DNA of 64,000 nucleotides. Source: Octopus vulgaris. Its lineage: Eukaryota. The notes under the pieces were generated by a model, which worked only from the letters and a program-made list of their open reading frames with translations, searched no databases and had not been told where the DNA came from. The stretch's first letter is position 1; the number at the start of each line of letters is the position of its first letter. The stretch is taken from contig OX597842.1 in assembly GCA_951406725.2 (NCBI GenBank), positions 1,550,001 to 1,614,000 of the forward strand, read 5' to 3'. The translations under genes were made by a program, and so were the position numbers. This document shows positions 39,195 to 51,372 of this stretch, piece by piece.

Positions 39195-39860
39195 TTACCT
39201 CCGCCATTTGTACATGCCCCGGTGACCCATCTTTGAAATTTTGGGAATGATTTACCGTATGGTGAATGTAACCGATTATGTGGAGATTACAATAGCTTGC
39301 AAAACAGTAGTTCCTGGAAGAACGTTTTGTCTGAAAACATTCTCCAACGTCTCTGTACTCCTATCGGGTACACGTTGAAGAAATCCTTTTCTGGTTTTGG
39401 TGTCATAAGACCCGACAACCCAAGTTTTACGACACATTCTTCCTACATTGTTCTTGCTATTGAAGAACAAGCTTCCATCGATCTCCACTGTACGATCGGG
39501 ACCACCAATGGGAAATTTGTACTGCAGCAGTTTTGCCGAACAAACATCTCTACAGAACTGGTACCCCTGAACGGCAGTTTTTATATCAATGCAGTTCATA
39601 CTTGCAGATATCGTCACAGGCAATTCGAAAATCAAATCAAACACTAAATGAAAAATTACATATAATGGCAGCTTAGAGTTTTCTGTAAATGTACTTTTCC
39701 TGGTGGAAAGATTTTTTTATTTACATTTAGCACACTTTCTATTGACAAACCCGTCAATAGAACGATTAGAATTTTGAAAAATCATCGAATGTGTGCAAGC
39801 ACACGTTTTTTTTTCATTGGTAATATGTTTTGTCTTCTGATAATCTATAATGTTCTCCGG
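39195..39860 (-). pseudogene. Merlin/IS1595 (ISXO2-like) DDE transposase remnant
   Basis: CAC...KCAKC, STRKSTFTENSKLPL, IGGPDRTVEIDGSLF, GRMCRKTWVVG, VPDRSTETL..VLPGTTV, then TVNHSQNFKD after a frameshift. Confidence 0.88.
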
Positions 39861-40498
39861 TGCAAGGTACAGTTCCAATCTGGATGTACACAATGTAAAA
39901 TAAATTAAGAAAAAATAGTAACAGCTGCTTCTTTTTAAAGGGTACAAATATTGTGAAGAAAATGATGATGAGTGTTGCTGATGGGATGGTTCATATATCT
40001 ACACAAAGATGCACGTAAATAAACATAGACGAAGTCTCCATTTTGGAAGTATGTTAAAATTTTTAGTAGACGTATGGACGGAGAATTATTCAATATCGTA
40101 TTTGCTTCTGTGAGAATCGCTCACCTTTAAAGCGAAAAAACAAGACAGACGTATACAACACTTGTTTCAGCCGTTCATTTTCTCTGAGCTGCAGAGAGTG
40201 TTGCGCTCGCGCACCCTTTATTGCTGAGTAGAGAGGGTATGTGTGGGTCAGTATTGGAGTTTTTGTGGGTGCATATGTCCCTTATGCATTCCAAAACCGA
40301 GTCGTCGATTTTCACGTATGGGGTATCAAAAGATTCAGTACTATTTCCACTACTAAATAAACTTTATTTTCATTGACAAATTTGAATTACAAAAATTTTA
40401 AATTATAATCTTTTCCATAAGTTATCTATCGTAAGCATTTTATATGACGACCATGATGACGTCACATTTTCTATACGAGTGTGTACCTTAAAAGATAA

Positions 40499-41222
40499 CC
40501 TATTTCTTTACTAGCCACAAGGGGCTAAACACAGAGGGGACAAACTAGGACAGACAAAGTGATTAAGTCGATTACATCGACTCCAGTGCGTAAATGGTAC
40601 TTAATTTATCGACCCCGAAAGGATTAAAAGGCAAAGTCGACCTCGGCGGAATTTGAACTCACAACGTAACGGCAGACGAAATACAGCTACGCATTTCGCC
40701 CGCCATGCTAACGTTTCTGCCAGCTCGCCGCCTTTAAAAGACAAGCTATTTCTTTATTACCCACAAGGGGCTAAACACAGAGGGGACAAACAAGGACAGA
40801 CATAGGTATTAAGTCGATTACATCGACCCCAGTGCGTAACTGGTACTTAATTTATCGACCCCGAAAGGATTAAAGGCAAAGTCGACCTCGGCGGAATTTG
40901 AACTCACAACGTAACGGCAGACGAAATACAGCTACGCATTTCGCCCGCCATGCTAACGTTTCTGCCAGCTCGCCGCCTTTAAAAGACAAGCTATTTCTTT
41001 ATTACCCACAAGGGCTAAACACAGAGGGGACAAACAAGGACAGACATAGGTATTAAGTCGATTACATCGACCCCAGTGCGTAACTGGTACTTAATTTATC
41101 GACCCCGAAAGGATTAAAGGCAAAGTCGACCTCGGCGGAATTTGAACTCGGAACGTAACGGCAGACGAAATACAGCTACGCATTTCGTCCGGCGTGCTAA
41201 CGTTTCTGCCAACTCGCCGCCT
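40499..41222 (-). mobile_element. Tandem trimer of full-length SINE B (~245-bp period)
   Basis: Three near-identical units separated by tttaaaagacaag. Confidence 0.92.
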
Positions 41223-41440
41223 TAACTGTTGCAATACCACTCTTTATGAAGGAGTTCTCTGTTTCCATGGTAAAAATAATACTGCCATTACATTTTTACA
41301 TGAAACACGGTGTTCTGTCATTTACCCACACGTGTCCAACATGTAATTTTTCATGTATTTTCCGCGAGGAAACGAACATGTGGCGTTGCCGTAGGATGGT
41401 ACGGTGACGTCGAAAATCCAGAAGGGAGTGTGAATATTAT

Positions 41441-41630
41441 TCTTTTACTCTTTTACTTGTTTCAGTCATTTGACTGCGGCCATGCTGGAGCACCGCCTTT
41501 AGTCGAACAACTCGACCCCTGGACTTATTCTTTGTAAGCCCAGTACTTATTCTATCGGTCTATTTCGCCGAACCGCTAAGTGACGGGGACGTAAACACAC
41601 CAGCATCGGGGGACAAACACAGACACACAA

Positions 41631-41661
<31 letters not shown>

Positions 41662-41827
41662 CGACAGGCTGCTTTCAGTTTCCGTCTACCAAATCCACTC
41701 ACAAGGCATTGGTCGGCCCGAGGCTATAGTAGAAGACACTTGCCCAAGATGCCACGCAGTGAGACTGAACTCGGAACCATGTGGTTGGTTAGCAAGCTAC
41801 TTACCACAGAGCCACTCCTGCGCCTAT
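41441..41827 (-). mobile_element. SINE family A
   Basis: Consensus match. Confidence 0.92.
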
Positions 41828-41964
41828 TCTAAATCTTTATTGAAGAATACCTTTCTGGAAAACACCCATGTTCCGCCTTGGAAGACTTTGGCTTTTTGTG
41901 AATCACTTCCCCAGCACAGCTTGGTCGCACAGATTAATCGAGGAAAATCTTGGATTCTGCCGTA

Positions 41965-42165
41965 AAACCTCTGTAGATTGGCGGTCTTTATGCGCTGAGG
42001 TCTGCCAATTTTGGGCAAAAAACCAGATCTTTTCGGTTTGAATGGCAGTTTTTTCTAGCGGTGTCATATGAAATTATCATCCATAACTATGACCCTAGTA
42101 TAGATCTATTGCATTTCAATCTGTTTTAGGGTTAGGGGTGGGGGGAAGGGTATTTTTTTCTCTTC
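41965..42165 (+). mobile_element. One-ended Merlin-type element with internal TTAGGG-like repeats; reverse copy at 50170-50332
   Basis: Terminus gatcttttcggtttgaatggcag resembles the 31644 TIR. Confidence 0.55.
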
Positions 42166-42376
42166 AGAAATGATATGTGGAGGTTTTAGGTTGAAAGGGG
42201 GATGGAAAGAATGTGTGACACTGTGGAGACCTTCGAAATATTGTCTGCTGGTGAATTTTATCTGCTTGAAATAACAGCAGCTCCTCTGCATGCACAAACG
42301 AAAGGGTCATATATAAAGTTATGTTAGACTAAAATCTGAATCCATAAGACCATAAGATTGGAGAAACAGAAGTAAA

Positions 42377-42615
42377 GTGGAGGCGCAATGGCCTAGTGGT
42401 TAGGGCAGCGGACTTGCGGTCGGAGGATCGCGGTTTTGATTCCCAGACCGGGCGTTGTGTGTGTTTATTGAGCGAAAAAAACACCTAAAAGCTCCACGAG
42501 GCTCCGGCAGGAGGTGGTGATCCCTGCTGTACTCTTTCATCACTCTAAAGGCGGTGCTCCAGCATGGCCGCAGTCAAGTGACTGAAACAAGTACAAAAAA
42601 AAAAAAAAAAAAGAG
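42377..42615 (+). mobile_element. Chimeric SINE: family C head/body joined to family A tail
   Basis: gtggaggcgcaatggcctagtggttagggc...actctttcatcact | ctaaaggcggtgctccagcatggccg. Confidence 0.75.
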
Positions 42616-43054
42616 AAGGGGAAAGAAAGTGTGCGATAACTATTAATATCCAGTATTGCTGCTGTAGTCTCCTTTAGAGAGACTTAGAAATAATAATATT
42701 TCTATTTTTGAAAACCAGAGGATGTATTCCACTGAAATTAGGTAAATAATCCTTCGAACAGACGATCAGCAGTGATGCCTGCTGGGTTTGGCTACTCTGC
42801 ATTGATAAAGGGCAAATACCCTGAAACTAGACTGCAGCTGCCTGCCCAACAAGGGGAAGTGGCTGACCTCCTCTGTTCAAAGGTTATAATGGACAGAGGT
42901 TTGTGTGTCATATAGCTAGCTAGAGGCGATGGCCTCTTGGAGCTAATCAACAGCAGCATTCGTCCTATATTTATCGACTGCCATATTAGCTTGGCGATAA
43001 CTGTTAATATCCAGTACCACTGCTGTCGTCTCCTTTAGAGAGACTTAGAAATAA

Positions 43055-44069
43055 CTAGCAGTATCACCCGGTATTGCTGGGGTTTGTTTCGACCCTTTAG
43101 AATTGGAATCTTTGAAAAGTAAAAATTTTGCCTTATGTAGCTTGTTATTCTCTTTAAGTGAACATTTTTCTGGTTGAAATACACTGAAAAATGGCGACAG
43201 AGCAGTAAAAAAATCGTAAAAAATAGGGATTTTCATAGAAAAAAAAGCACCTTTTTGATGTAAATAATTTTTGTTGTTAACATGGTCCGATCTGAATTTC
43301 TTCTTCTACGGAAGGAAGAGCAAGCCTTCTTCTATCATATTCTCAATTTTGGTCAACTTGTGCCGCAGGGTCTCGGAGGAGATAGTGTTAGTTAAAGGCT
43401 ACCAAACCTGCCACACACAGACAACTTCAGCTTTATATATATAGACTAGTAGTATTGCCTGGCATTGCTGGGGTTTGTTTCAACCCTTTAGAATTGGAAT
43501 TTTTGAAAAGTAAAAATTTTGCATTATGTAGTTTGTTATTCTCTTTAAGTGAACATTTTTCTGGTTGAAATACACTGAAAAATGGCGACAGAGCAGTAAA
43601 AAAATCGTAAAAAAAGGGATTTTCATAGAAAAAAAGCACCTTTTTGATGTAAATAATTTTTGGTGTTAACATGGTCCAATTTGAATTTCTTCTTCTACAG
43701 AATAAAGAGCAAGCTTTCTTCTATCATACTCTCAATTTTGGTCAACTTGCGCCGCAGGGGCTCGGAGGAGATAGTGTTAGTTGAAGGCTACCAAACCTGC
43801 CACACACAGGCAACTTCAGCTTTATATATATAGACTAGTAGTATCGTCCAGCGTTGCTCAGGTTTGTTTCGACCCTTTAGAATTGGAATTTTTGGTCTTA
43901 GCATGGTCTGATTTGAATTTTTTCTTCTACAGAAGGAAGAGCAAGCCTTCTTCTATCATACTCTCAATTTTGGTCAACTTGCGCTGCAGGGTCTCGGAAG
44001 GAGATAGTGTTAGTTGAAGGCTACCAAACCTGCCATACACAGACAACTTCAACTTTATATATAGAGAGA
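43055..44069 (-). mobile_element. Head-to-tail trimer of a second Helitron family
   Basis: Units 43055-43445, 43446-43834 and 43835-44069 (internally deleted); exact CTAG|TC junctions. Confidence 0.9.
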
Positions 44070-45023
44070 TAATATTCCTATTTTTCAAAAATGAGTTTTG
44101 TCTTTTGTACATAGAATTTTTCTACCCAGAATTAAAAAAGAAAAAAAACGGTAGGTGAGATGTAAATGGGGTTAGATTGAAGTTTAAAAAAAATTATGTC
44201 GGTTTTTTATTTTATCTACGTTTTGTTTTTTTCTATAGAATCGGAATTTGTCGTTGAAAATGTCTGAATCTCTAATAAAAGGCAAAAAAAAAGCAACAAA
44301 AGGAAATGGGTGGGGTGTGAGTTCGATACCTTCATCAAAAGTTTTTTCATCAAAATATTTTTTAGTTTTATAAATTTTCATTAGCAAAAACCTAAATACA
44401 AACACATACAAACACAAACACACACATGCACATAAACACGATACACACACACACATACTCATGTACACATCTACACAGACACACACACAGATACAGCTAC
44501 ATGTCTACACACACACACAAAAAACAAACCTATACACATGCACATCTACACATGCATTTTTTTGCAGAATTTCAAAAGTTTTCATTTAATAGTGTTCATC
44601 TTTTCAGAAAACAGTTTCAATTTTGCACACAAAAAAAAAAAAAAAAATGCTTTTAGATTAAAAAAAGAAGAAGAAAAAACAGCTTCTTTTTTTTGTTCTT
44701 GTCTCGTATTTCAGATTAAAACAAAATAGATGAGCAACAAAACAAAAAGTCTAAAATAAATAAAATGTGCACAAAAATATTTTGATCACATGCAATGTAT
44801 ATCGTTGCTATTATGCAAAAGCATCATACGTCCAAAACGTTGCTTTTTCAGAAAACGAAAAAATTGCTTCACCATTCCATAGCAAAACTGTTGTATTACA
44901 CTTTGACAATTTCTGATATCTTGGCATCTGGAGATACAATAGTTCGACCATACCGAAAAACTACTAGGTGAAATTTGTTGATTTTATTAAATCAATTATC
45001 TTTCACCCTATATCTGTAATGAT

Positions 45024-45049
<26 letters not shown>

Positions 45050-45057
<8 letters not shown>

Positions 45058-45369
45058 TATTAAATTAGAGATAAAACCACTATTAGGCAAATCATACAAT
45101 GAAAAACTTAAGCCAATACATAAGATTATTTAATTTATATTATTTAAATATATAACAAAATTATTTAAAAAATATTATTTAATAATTTTGTTATATATTT
45201 AAATAATATAATATAAATTAAATAATCTTATGTATTGGCTTAAGTTTTTCATTGTATGATTTGCCTAATAGTGGTTTTATCTCTAATTTAATATAATATT
45301 TTACTATAAAATTGGATTCAATCCTAAATCTGATTTTTCCCTGTAAGTTTGGATTTATTCCCTAATATT

Positions 45370-45375
<6 letters not shown>
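45050..45375 (+). mobile_element. Hairpin-plus-tail insert in (TA)n
   Basis: Long inverted arms centred near 45170; tail shared with 37464. Confidence 0.75.
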
Positions 45376-45414
<39 letters not shown>

Positions 45415-45417
<3 letters not shown>

Positions 45418-45790
45418 TACAAATTGAGATAGGGGTTGTGAGTGCAACCCACCATGGGATAACATATATCCAATATACTGCCAGTAAAGTACCCAACAAA
45501 GTTAATACATCACACCTGGCTAATATGAGCATAATGAGCTACCCATATCTGCATGGCTGAAACAGCTGTAAGATGTAGTTTATATTTATATTTATATTTA
45601 TTTATATTCACTTATATATATTGTACTTATTGTATCATATCACTCATTGATGTGCACTGTTTTGTTCTATACTTTTATGTTTGACCTTGATGTTCATATG
45701 TAGTGGGTTAATAAATTATGTGATTCGGTATTATCTGGTAGTTGATTATTGATTAAGGTGTATTTCTCCATTTTCTTATTTTGTATTATA
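45415..45790 (+). mobile_element. PLE-like pLTR fragment; 3' part related to 54665-54855
   Basis: gaaacagctgta palindromic hammerhead half at 45559; shared tail tgattcggtattatctg...tttctccatttt. Confidence 0.5.
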
Positions 45791-45803
45791 TATATATATA
45801 TAT

Positions 45804-45983
45804 ATCACCTTGATCACCTTGACCGACCAGTCCGTAGGGCATCCATTTCACACCGCTGGTCACAGCATGCTGTCCTCACCCCTCTGGATCGTGCCTTTGT
45901 CATCCACATGATCCTAATCGCCGTCCTGAAATCGTAACTCCACCATTGTGGAGGCCTACCAAGTGGTCGTTTCCACTCGTGCT
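45804..45983 (-). mobile_element. RTE-clade LINE 3' end
   Basis: WKRPLGRPPQWW.YD...W..KARSR motif, then a short tcaaggtga repeat tail. Confidence 0.7.
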
Positions 45984-46059
45984 TATATATATATATAAAT
46001 AGAAATATAATAATAATAGTAAGGAATATAATACCAGACTTTTTGCAAGCAAAAATAAT

Positions 46060-46276
46060 ATTCTTTTCTACTCTAGGCATAAGGCCCAAAATTTTGGGGG
46101 GAGGGGGCCAGTTGATTAGATTGACCGCAGTATGCAACTGGCACTTAATTTCTTGACCCTGAAAGAATGAAAGGCAAAGTCGACCTCGGCGGAATTTGAA
46201 CTCAGAATGTAAAAACAGATGAAATACCGCTAAGTATTTTGCTCGGCGTGCTAATGATTCTGCCAGCTCACTGCCT
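46060..46276 (-). mobile_element. SINE family B variant
   Basis: aaggcaaagtcgacctcggcggaatttgaactc. Confidence 0.85.
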
Positions 46277-46398
46277 CTGAAAGAAATGCATTTGACCAAA
46301 TGACAGTTTAGGCAAAATTATCTGACATATTTGTCGGTTTAGTAAAAGCAGAAATAAAGGATAAAACAAAAAATATGTTTTTATTTTCGAAAATGTAC

Positions 46399-46790
46399 AT
46401 AGGCGTAGGAGTGGCTGTGTGGTAAGTAGCTTGCTTGCCAATCACATGGTTCTGGGTTCAGTCCCACTGCGTGGCACCTTGGACAAGTGTCTTCTACTAT
46501 AGCCTCAGGCTATAGTGAGTGGATTTGGTAGATGGAAACTGAAAGAAGCCCGCCATATATATGTATATATATATATATGTACATATATATGTGTGTGTAT
46601 ATTTTTGTGTGTCTGTGTCTGTCCTCAGCAACATTGCTTGACAATCGATGCTGGTGTGTTTACGTCCCTGTAACTTAGCGGTTCAGCAAAAGAGACTGAC
46701 AGAATAAGTCCTGGGGTCAATTTGCTCGACTAAAGGCGGTGCTCCAGCATGGCCACAGTCAAAATGAATGAAACAAGTAAAAGAAAAAGG
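46399..46790 (+). mobile_element. SINE family A
   Basis: Consensus match. Confidence 0.9.
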
Positions 46791-46809
46791 AGAAGAAATA
46801 TAATACCAT

Positions 46810-47690
46810 TTTGTTTCATTTGGTTTTAAAAATTAAATCGGTCAAGTGGGTGCTGTTACTGTCCCACACACTATTGAAGGCATTCACGAAAGTTGTCCAT
46901 AACTTGATGGGTCATTTCATATGGAATGGCAGCAATTTCTTGATGAATGGGATCTTTTACCATAAATCTTTGAGTATAACTGCATTCTTTCCCCCAAATT
47001 TAAAGGTCAAAATCCCTTGTGCATACTATATACGAGGTTAGAAATGAAAAATATTTTCTAAGCAAAGTCCGAGTCTTTATTTGCTGTCCAGCAAGGTTTA
47101 TTCCGACACATTTTGTGATGTCGGGCATGAAAATACCTTAAGCAAAGCCTGATAGCAATGAAGTCATAAAAGAATCATCCATAACTTGCAGTAAGCAACA
47201 ATTATTAAAATAAAAGTATTCAGAACACAGAAAAACATGTAACAAAAACAATTTGCAAACATATTTACATTCCCATATAACAGTTAAGAACATCACCATT
47301 ATTGTATTACGTATGCGCAGAAGTGTTTGTTTGACTAGGTGCTGCTGGCTTAATTACGCACGACTTTGTTAGAGAAGGAGTGCGTATTATACACAAGGTT
47401 TAGGTTTTTCAGAGGTACAGCCCCCTAAAAATCCCCTGCATATTATACTCAAGGGCAGACTATACTTGTGGATTTACGGTAACTGTTCACTAGATCAAGG
47501 GCGATGAGTGTATGCCCTTGATTTCAGGTATCCCTTCAGAACAAATCACACAGGTTCAAAACAGGTGATTGGGTGGACCAACCGATGCCATTGTGCAATG
47601 AGATAAAATAACTAGAGAACATCTCCCTCAAAATCCTCATAACAGGTCAAGAAGTCTGGGCTGCTGCCTCATCCTGTTGGAACCAAACAT
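46810..47690 (-). pseudogene. DD41D (rosa-type) Tc1/mariner transposase C-terminal remnant, split by a MITE
   Basis: WFQQD-EAAAQTS*PVMRILREMFSSYFISLHNGIGWSTQSPVLNLC-D (41 residues between the Ds); IHQEIAAIPYEM...NF..CLQ on the other side of the insert. Confidence 0.8.
46960..47479. mobile_element. Tc2/pogo-like MITE
   Basis: TA|ccataaatctttgagtata ... tatacttgtggatttacgg|TA. Confidence 0.65.
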
Positions 47691-47699
47691 TTTTATTTT

Positions 47700-48265
47700 C
47701 TCATGTACCTTTCTGTTGAAGAGCATAGGCTCAAAATGTAAAAGACTTTCTCACCTTCCTGAGCGTTAAACTAATACACCTGTTTGTTGTTTACATACCC
47801 ATCTTTTTTCTTTTTTTTTTTTACTTGTTTCAGTCATTTGATTGCGGCCATGCTGGAGCACCGCCTTTAGTCGAGCAAATCGACCCCGGGACTTATTCTT
47901 TGTAAGCCCAGTACTTATTCTATCAGTCTCTTTTGCTGAACCGCTAAGTGACGGGGATGTAAACACACCAGCATCGGTTGTCAAGCAATGCTAGGGGGAC
48001 AAGCACAGACACACAAACACATACACACACACAGATATATATATATATATACATATATATGACAGGCTTCTTTCAGTTTCCGTCTACCAAATCCACTCAC
48101 AAGGCATTGGTCGGCCCGGGGCTATATTTAAGACACTTGCCCAAGGTGCCACGCAGTGGGACTGAACCCGGAACCATGTGGTTGGTTAGCAAGCTACTTA
48201 CCACACAGCCACTCCTTTACATACCCATCTTTGTCTATTGTTTTTTTGTAAATTCCAACTAATAT
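47700..48265 (+). mobile_element. PLE-like pLTR fragment, split by SINE A; same family as 57890-58050 (-)
   Basis: cttt-ctgttga-a-gagc(atag)gctc-aaaatgta-aaag is a decayed hammerhead. Confidence 0.55.
47807..48215 (-). mobile_element. SINE family A with 17-bp TSD
   Basis: tttacatacccatcttt at 47790 and 48216. Confidence 0.93.
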
Positions 48266-48914
48266 ACAAGCCAATATCCACCCTTAGACATCATAAATAT
48301 CAGAAATACCACAAACATTTTAAATATCTAGATGAAGTGAAAGAGTATCAGGGGAAAATTGAACATGATATGAAATTAACAAAACACAACTAAATCAAAA
48401 ACCTCAACAGAAAATATTCTCTGTAGCTTCTTCCTGATCTTCTGGAGTGTCTCCCTTCGTGATATATTTACACAGCATGCAGTGTAAGAGAAGAAATTAT
48501 TGAAATTAGCCATTACTCATTTTACCCCATTTTAGACATTTTTGTTTTTTAAATTGAAAATTATCAAATTAGAGTGTAATATGGGGGAAAAAAATTAAGT
48601 TGGAATCCTACAGAGAAAATGATATTGATTGTTGAATGCTAAAAATTATCCAGATATTTTATTAGCAACCTCAATTACAATCGAGTTCAAAGTTGAAGAA
48701 CAATTTCCTGGAAACAAAAAAATTATCTGTCACCTGACTATGTTTTGAAGACTCTCAACTTCAACAACAACAACAACAGCAACAATTCTGTTGACCAATT
48801 ACCATAGCAATTTGGAAGATTCAGAGAAAAAAAAAGACAAATAACTGATAAAGCTGCCTACAACCAATGGAGCCCACGTGGAAGTGTTCTAGTGTTTTTA
48901 ATAAAACTTTATTT

Positions 48915-49280
48915 ACTCTTTTACTCTTTTACTTGTTTCAGTCATTTGACTGCAGCCATGCTGGAGCACCGCCTTTAGTTAAGCAACTCGACCCCGGGAC
49001 TTATTCTTTTGTAAGCCCAGTACTTATTCTATCGGTCTCTTTTGCCGAACCGCTAAGTAATGGGGACATAAACACACTAGCATCAGTTGCCAAGCAATGC
49101 TAGAGGGACAAACACAGACACACAAACATATACACACACACTTAAATATACATATATACGACAGGCTTCTTTCAGTTTCCGTCTACCAAATCCACTCACA
49201 AGGCTTTGGTCGGCCCGAGGCTATAGTAGAAGACACTTGCCCAAGGTGCCACGCAGTGGGACTGAACCCGGAACCATGTG
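48915..49280 (-). mobile_element. SINE family A (head truncated)
   Basis: Consensus match. Confidence 0.9.
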
Positions 49281-49424
49281 ATCTTTCTGTTTCATTCATG
49301 AGACTGTGGCCATACTGGGGCACCTCCTTGAAGAACTTGTAGCCCAAGGAATCGATCCCAATACATTTTAAGACTGGTATTTATTCTATCAGTCACTTTT
49401 TAGCCGAACCCAATGTGTTTTCAT

Positions 49425-50160
49425 CTGTGTTCTTGAGCAAGACACTTTATTTCACATTGCTCCAGTTCACTCAGCTGTAGAAATCAGCTCTGAAGTCACT
49501 GGTGCCAAGCTGTATTGGCCCCTTTGCCTCTCCCTTGGACAACATTCGTGGCATAGAGAGGGGAGACTGGTATGCATGGGTGACTGCTGGTCTTCAACAA
49601 ACAACCTTGCCTGGACTTGTGCCTGGGAGAGTAACTTTCTAGGTGCAATCCCATGGTCATTCATAACTGAAGGGGGTCTTTACCTTTTACCCCAGGTACA
49701 TATAATGGCATATAATTTCACATTGCTCCAGTTCACTCAGCTGTGAAGTCACTGGTGCCAAACTGTATCAGACCTTTGCCTTTCCCTTGGACAACATTCA
49801 TGGCATGGAGAGAGGGGAGACTTGTATGCATGGGTGACTGCTGGTCTTCCAAAAACAACCTTGCTCAGACTTTTGCCCCAGAGGGGAACTTTCTAGGTGC
49901 AATCACATGGTCATTCATAACTGAAGGGGGTCTTTATCTTTTACCCCATGTACATATAATGCCATGAAGAGGAGAGGCTGGCATGTATGGGCGACTGCTA
50001 GTCTTCTATAAACAACCTTGCCTGGACTTGTGCCTCAGAGGGGAACTTTCTAGGTGCAATCCCATGGTCATTCATAATCTTTACCTTTTACCCTATGTAC
50101 ATATAATGGTATGAAGAGGGGTGGCTGGCATGTATGGGCAACTGCTAGTCTTCCATAAGT
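49425..50160 (+). repeat. Tandemly amplified SINE-like body, 3-4 progressively shorter units
   Basis: Repeated actgctggtcttc...aacaaccttgc...aactttctaggtgcaatcccatggtcattcataa...tttaccttttaccc. Confidence 0.75.
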
Positions 50161-51239
50161 CTTCTTTATTTACATTTCAGAAGAAAAAAAGATACCCTTC
50201 CCCCCACCCCTAACCCTAACTCTAACCCTAAAACAGATTGAAATGCAATAGATCGATACTAGGGTCATAATTATGGGTGACAATTTCATATGACACCGCT
50301 AGAAAAAACTGCCGGTCAAAACGAAAAGATCCTGTCCCTCTATAATTCTCAGTACTTTTCGGTAGGGGTTGACAAGACTTTTGCACCACCCTATGTGTGT
50401 GTGTGAGTGCAGGTCTTTGCATTTGTGTTTGCCTCCAACCACTGCGTGACGACTGGTATTGTTATATTTACGTCCCTGTAACTAGCGGTTTGACAGATAG
50501 AGACTGATAAAATAAGTATCAGTCTGAGAAAAAAACAAATAAGTATTGGAGTCGATTTTGCTGATTAAAATTCTTCAAGACGCTGCTCCAGCATGGCCGC
50601 AATCTCATGCCTGAAACGAACAAAAGAATAGAAGAATAAAATATTAAAACACACACACATATGCACATACACACACATATATGCACATATACACACACAC
50701 ACACACACAGGCACATACACGTATACCCTCTACACATAAACAGCCCAACCTCTACACCTTTGATATCATACATCATATTAGCGACTTCATTCGATACACT
50801 CAACGTATTTCAACCCCAGATCAGCCCCACAAGTGATCCGTCAAACCCGAGATCAAAGCCACCGCCGTATGCTTCTAACGCAACAATACGGCGAGGGACA
50901 GAGAGCTGCTATTTCTACATGGTCAAGCAATTACACACCACAGAGACATTTCCTTGTGGTCTCATTGATTTCGGTTCTGCTGTTGCACTTTTCGTCCATT
51001 ACTTTTGAAGGAAGAACAGTTTATGGAGCAAAACTGACGCCAGACTCAAAGATGGCTGAACTTTCTCAGTCTAATTCAATATGGCTGCGTCTCTCAGTGT
51101 AAAACGGGGTCGGCTGATCACAAGCAGTGTTTTATTTGTTGTCTGCTTCGATTTTCGTTTTGCATTGTTTGAAAAAGGGATGTTGTGGTCTTGGTATTGT
51201 TTTCTTGTCTCTCTCGTAATAAAATTACGACTGTATGAA

Positions 51240-51341
51240 CATGTGTGTGTGTGTGTGTGTGTGTGTGTTAGAGTATGCTGTTGTGTTTGTATATAAGTAT
51301 ATGTGTGTGTCAAAGATTGTATTTGCGTGTGTATTTGTGCA

Positions 51342-51372
<31 letters not shown>

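Noticed and set aside
38989-40487. Possible termini of the Merlin transposase element (ggtaac.../...gtacc)
   Set aside because: Inverted match too short and no TSD
50205-50232. (CCCTAA)n telomere-like repeats
   Set aside because: Only 3-4 imperfect units, internal to a dispersed element also seen at 42125
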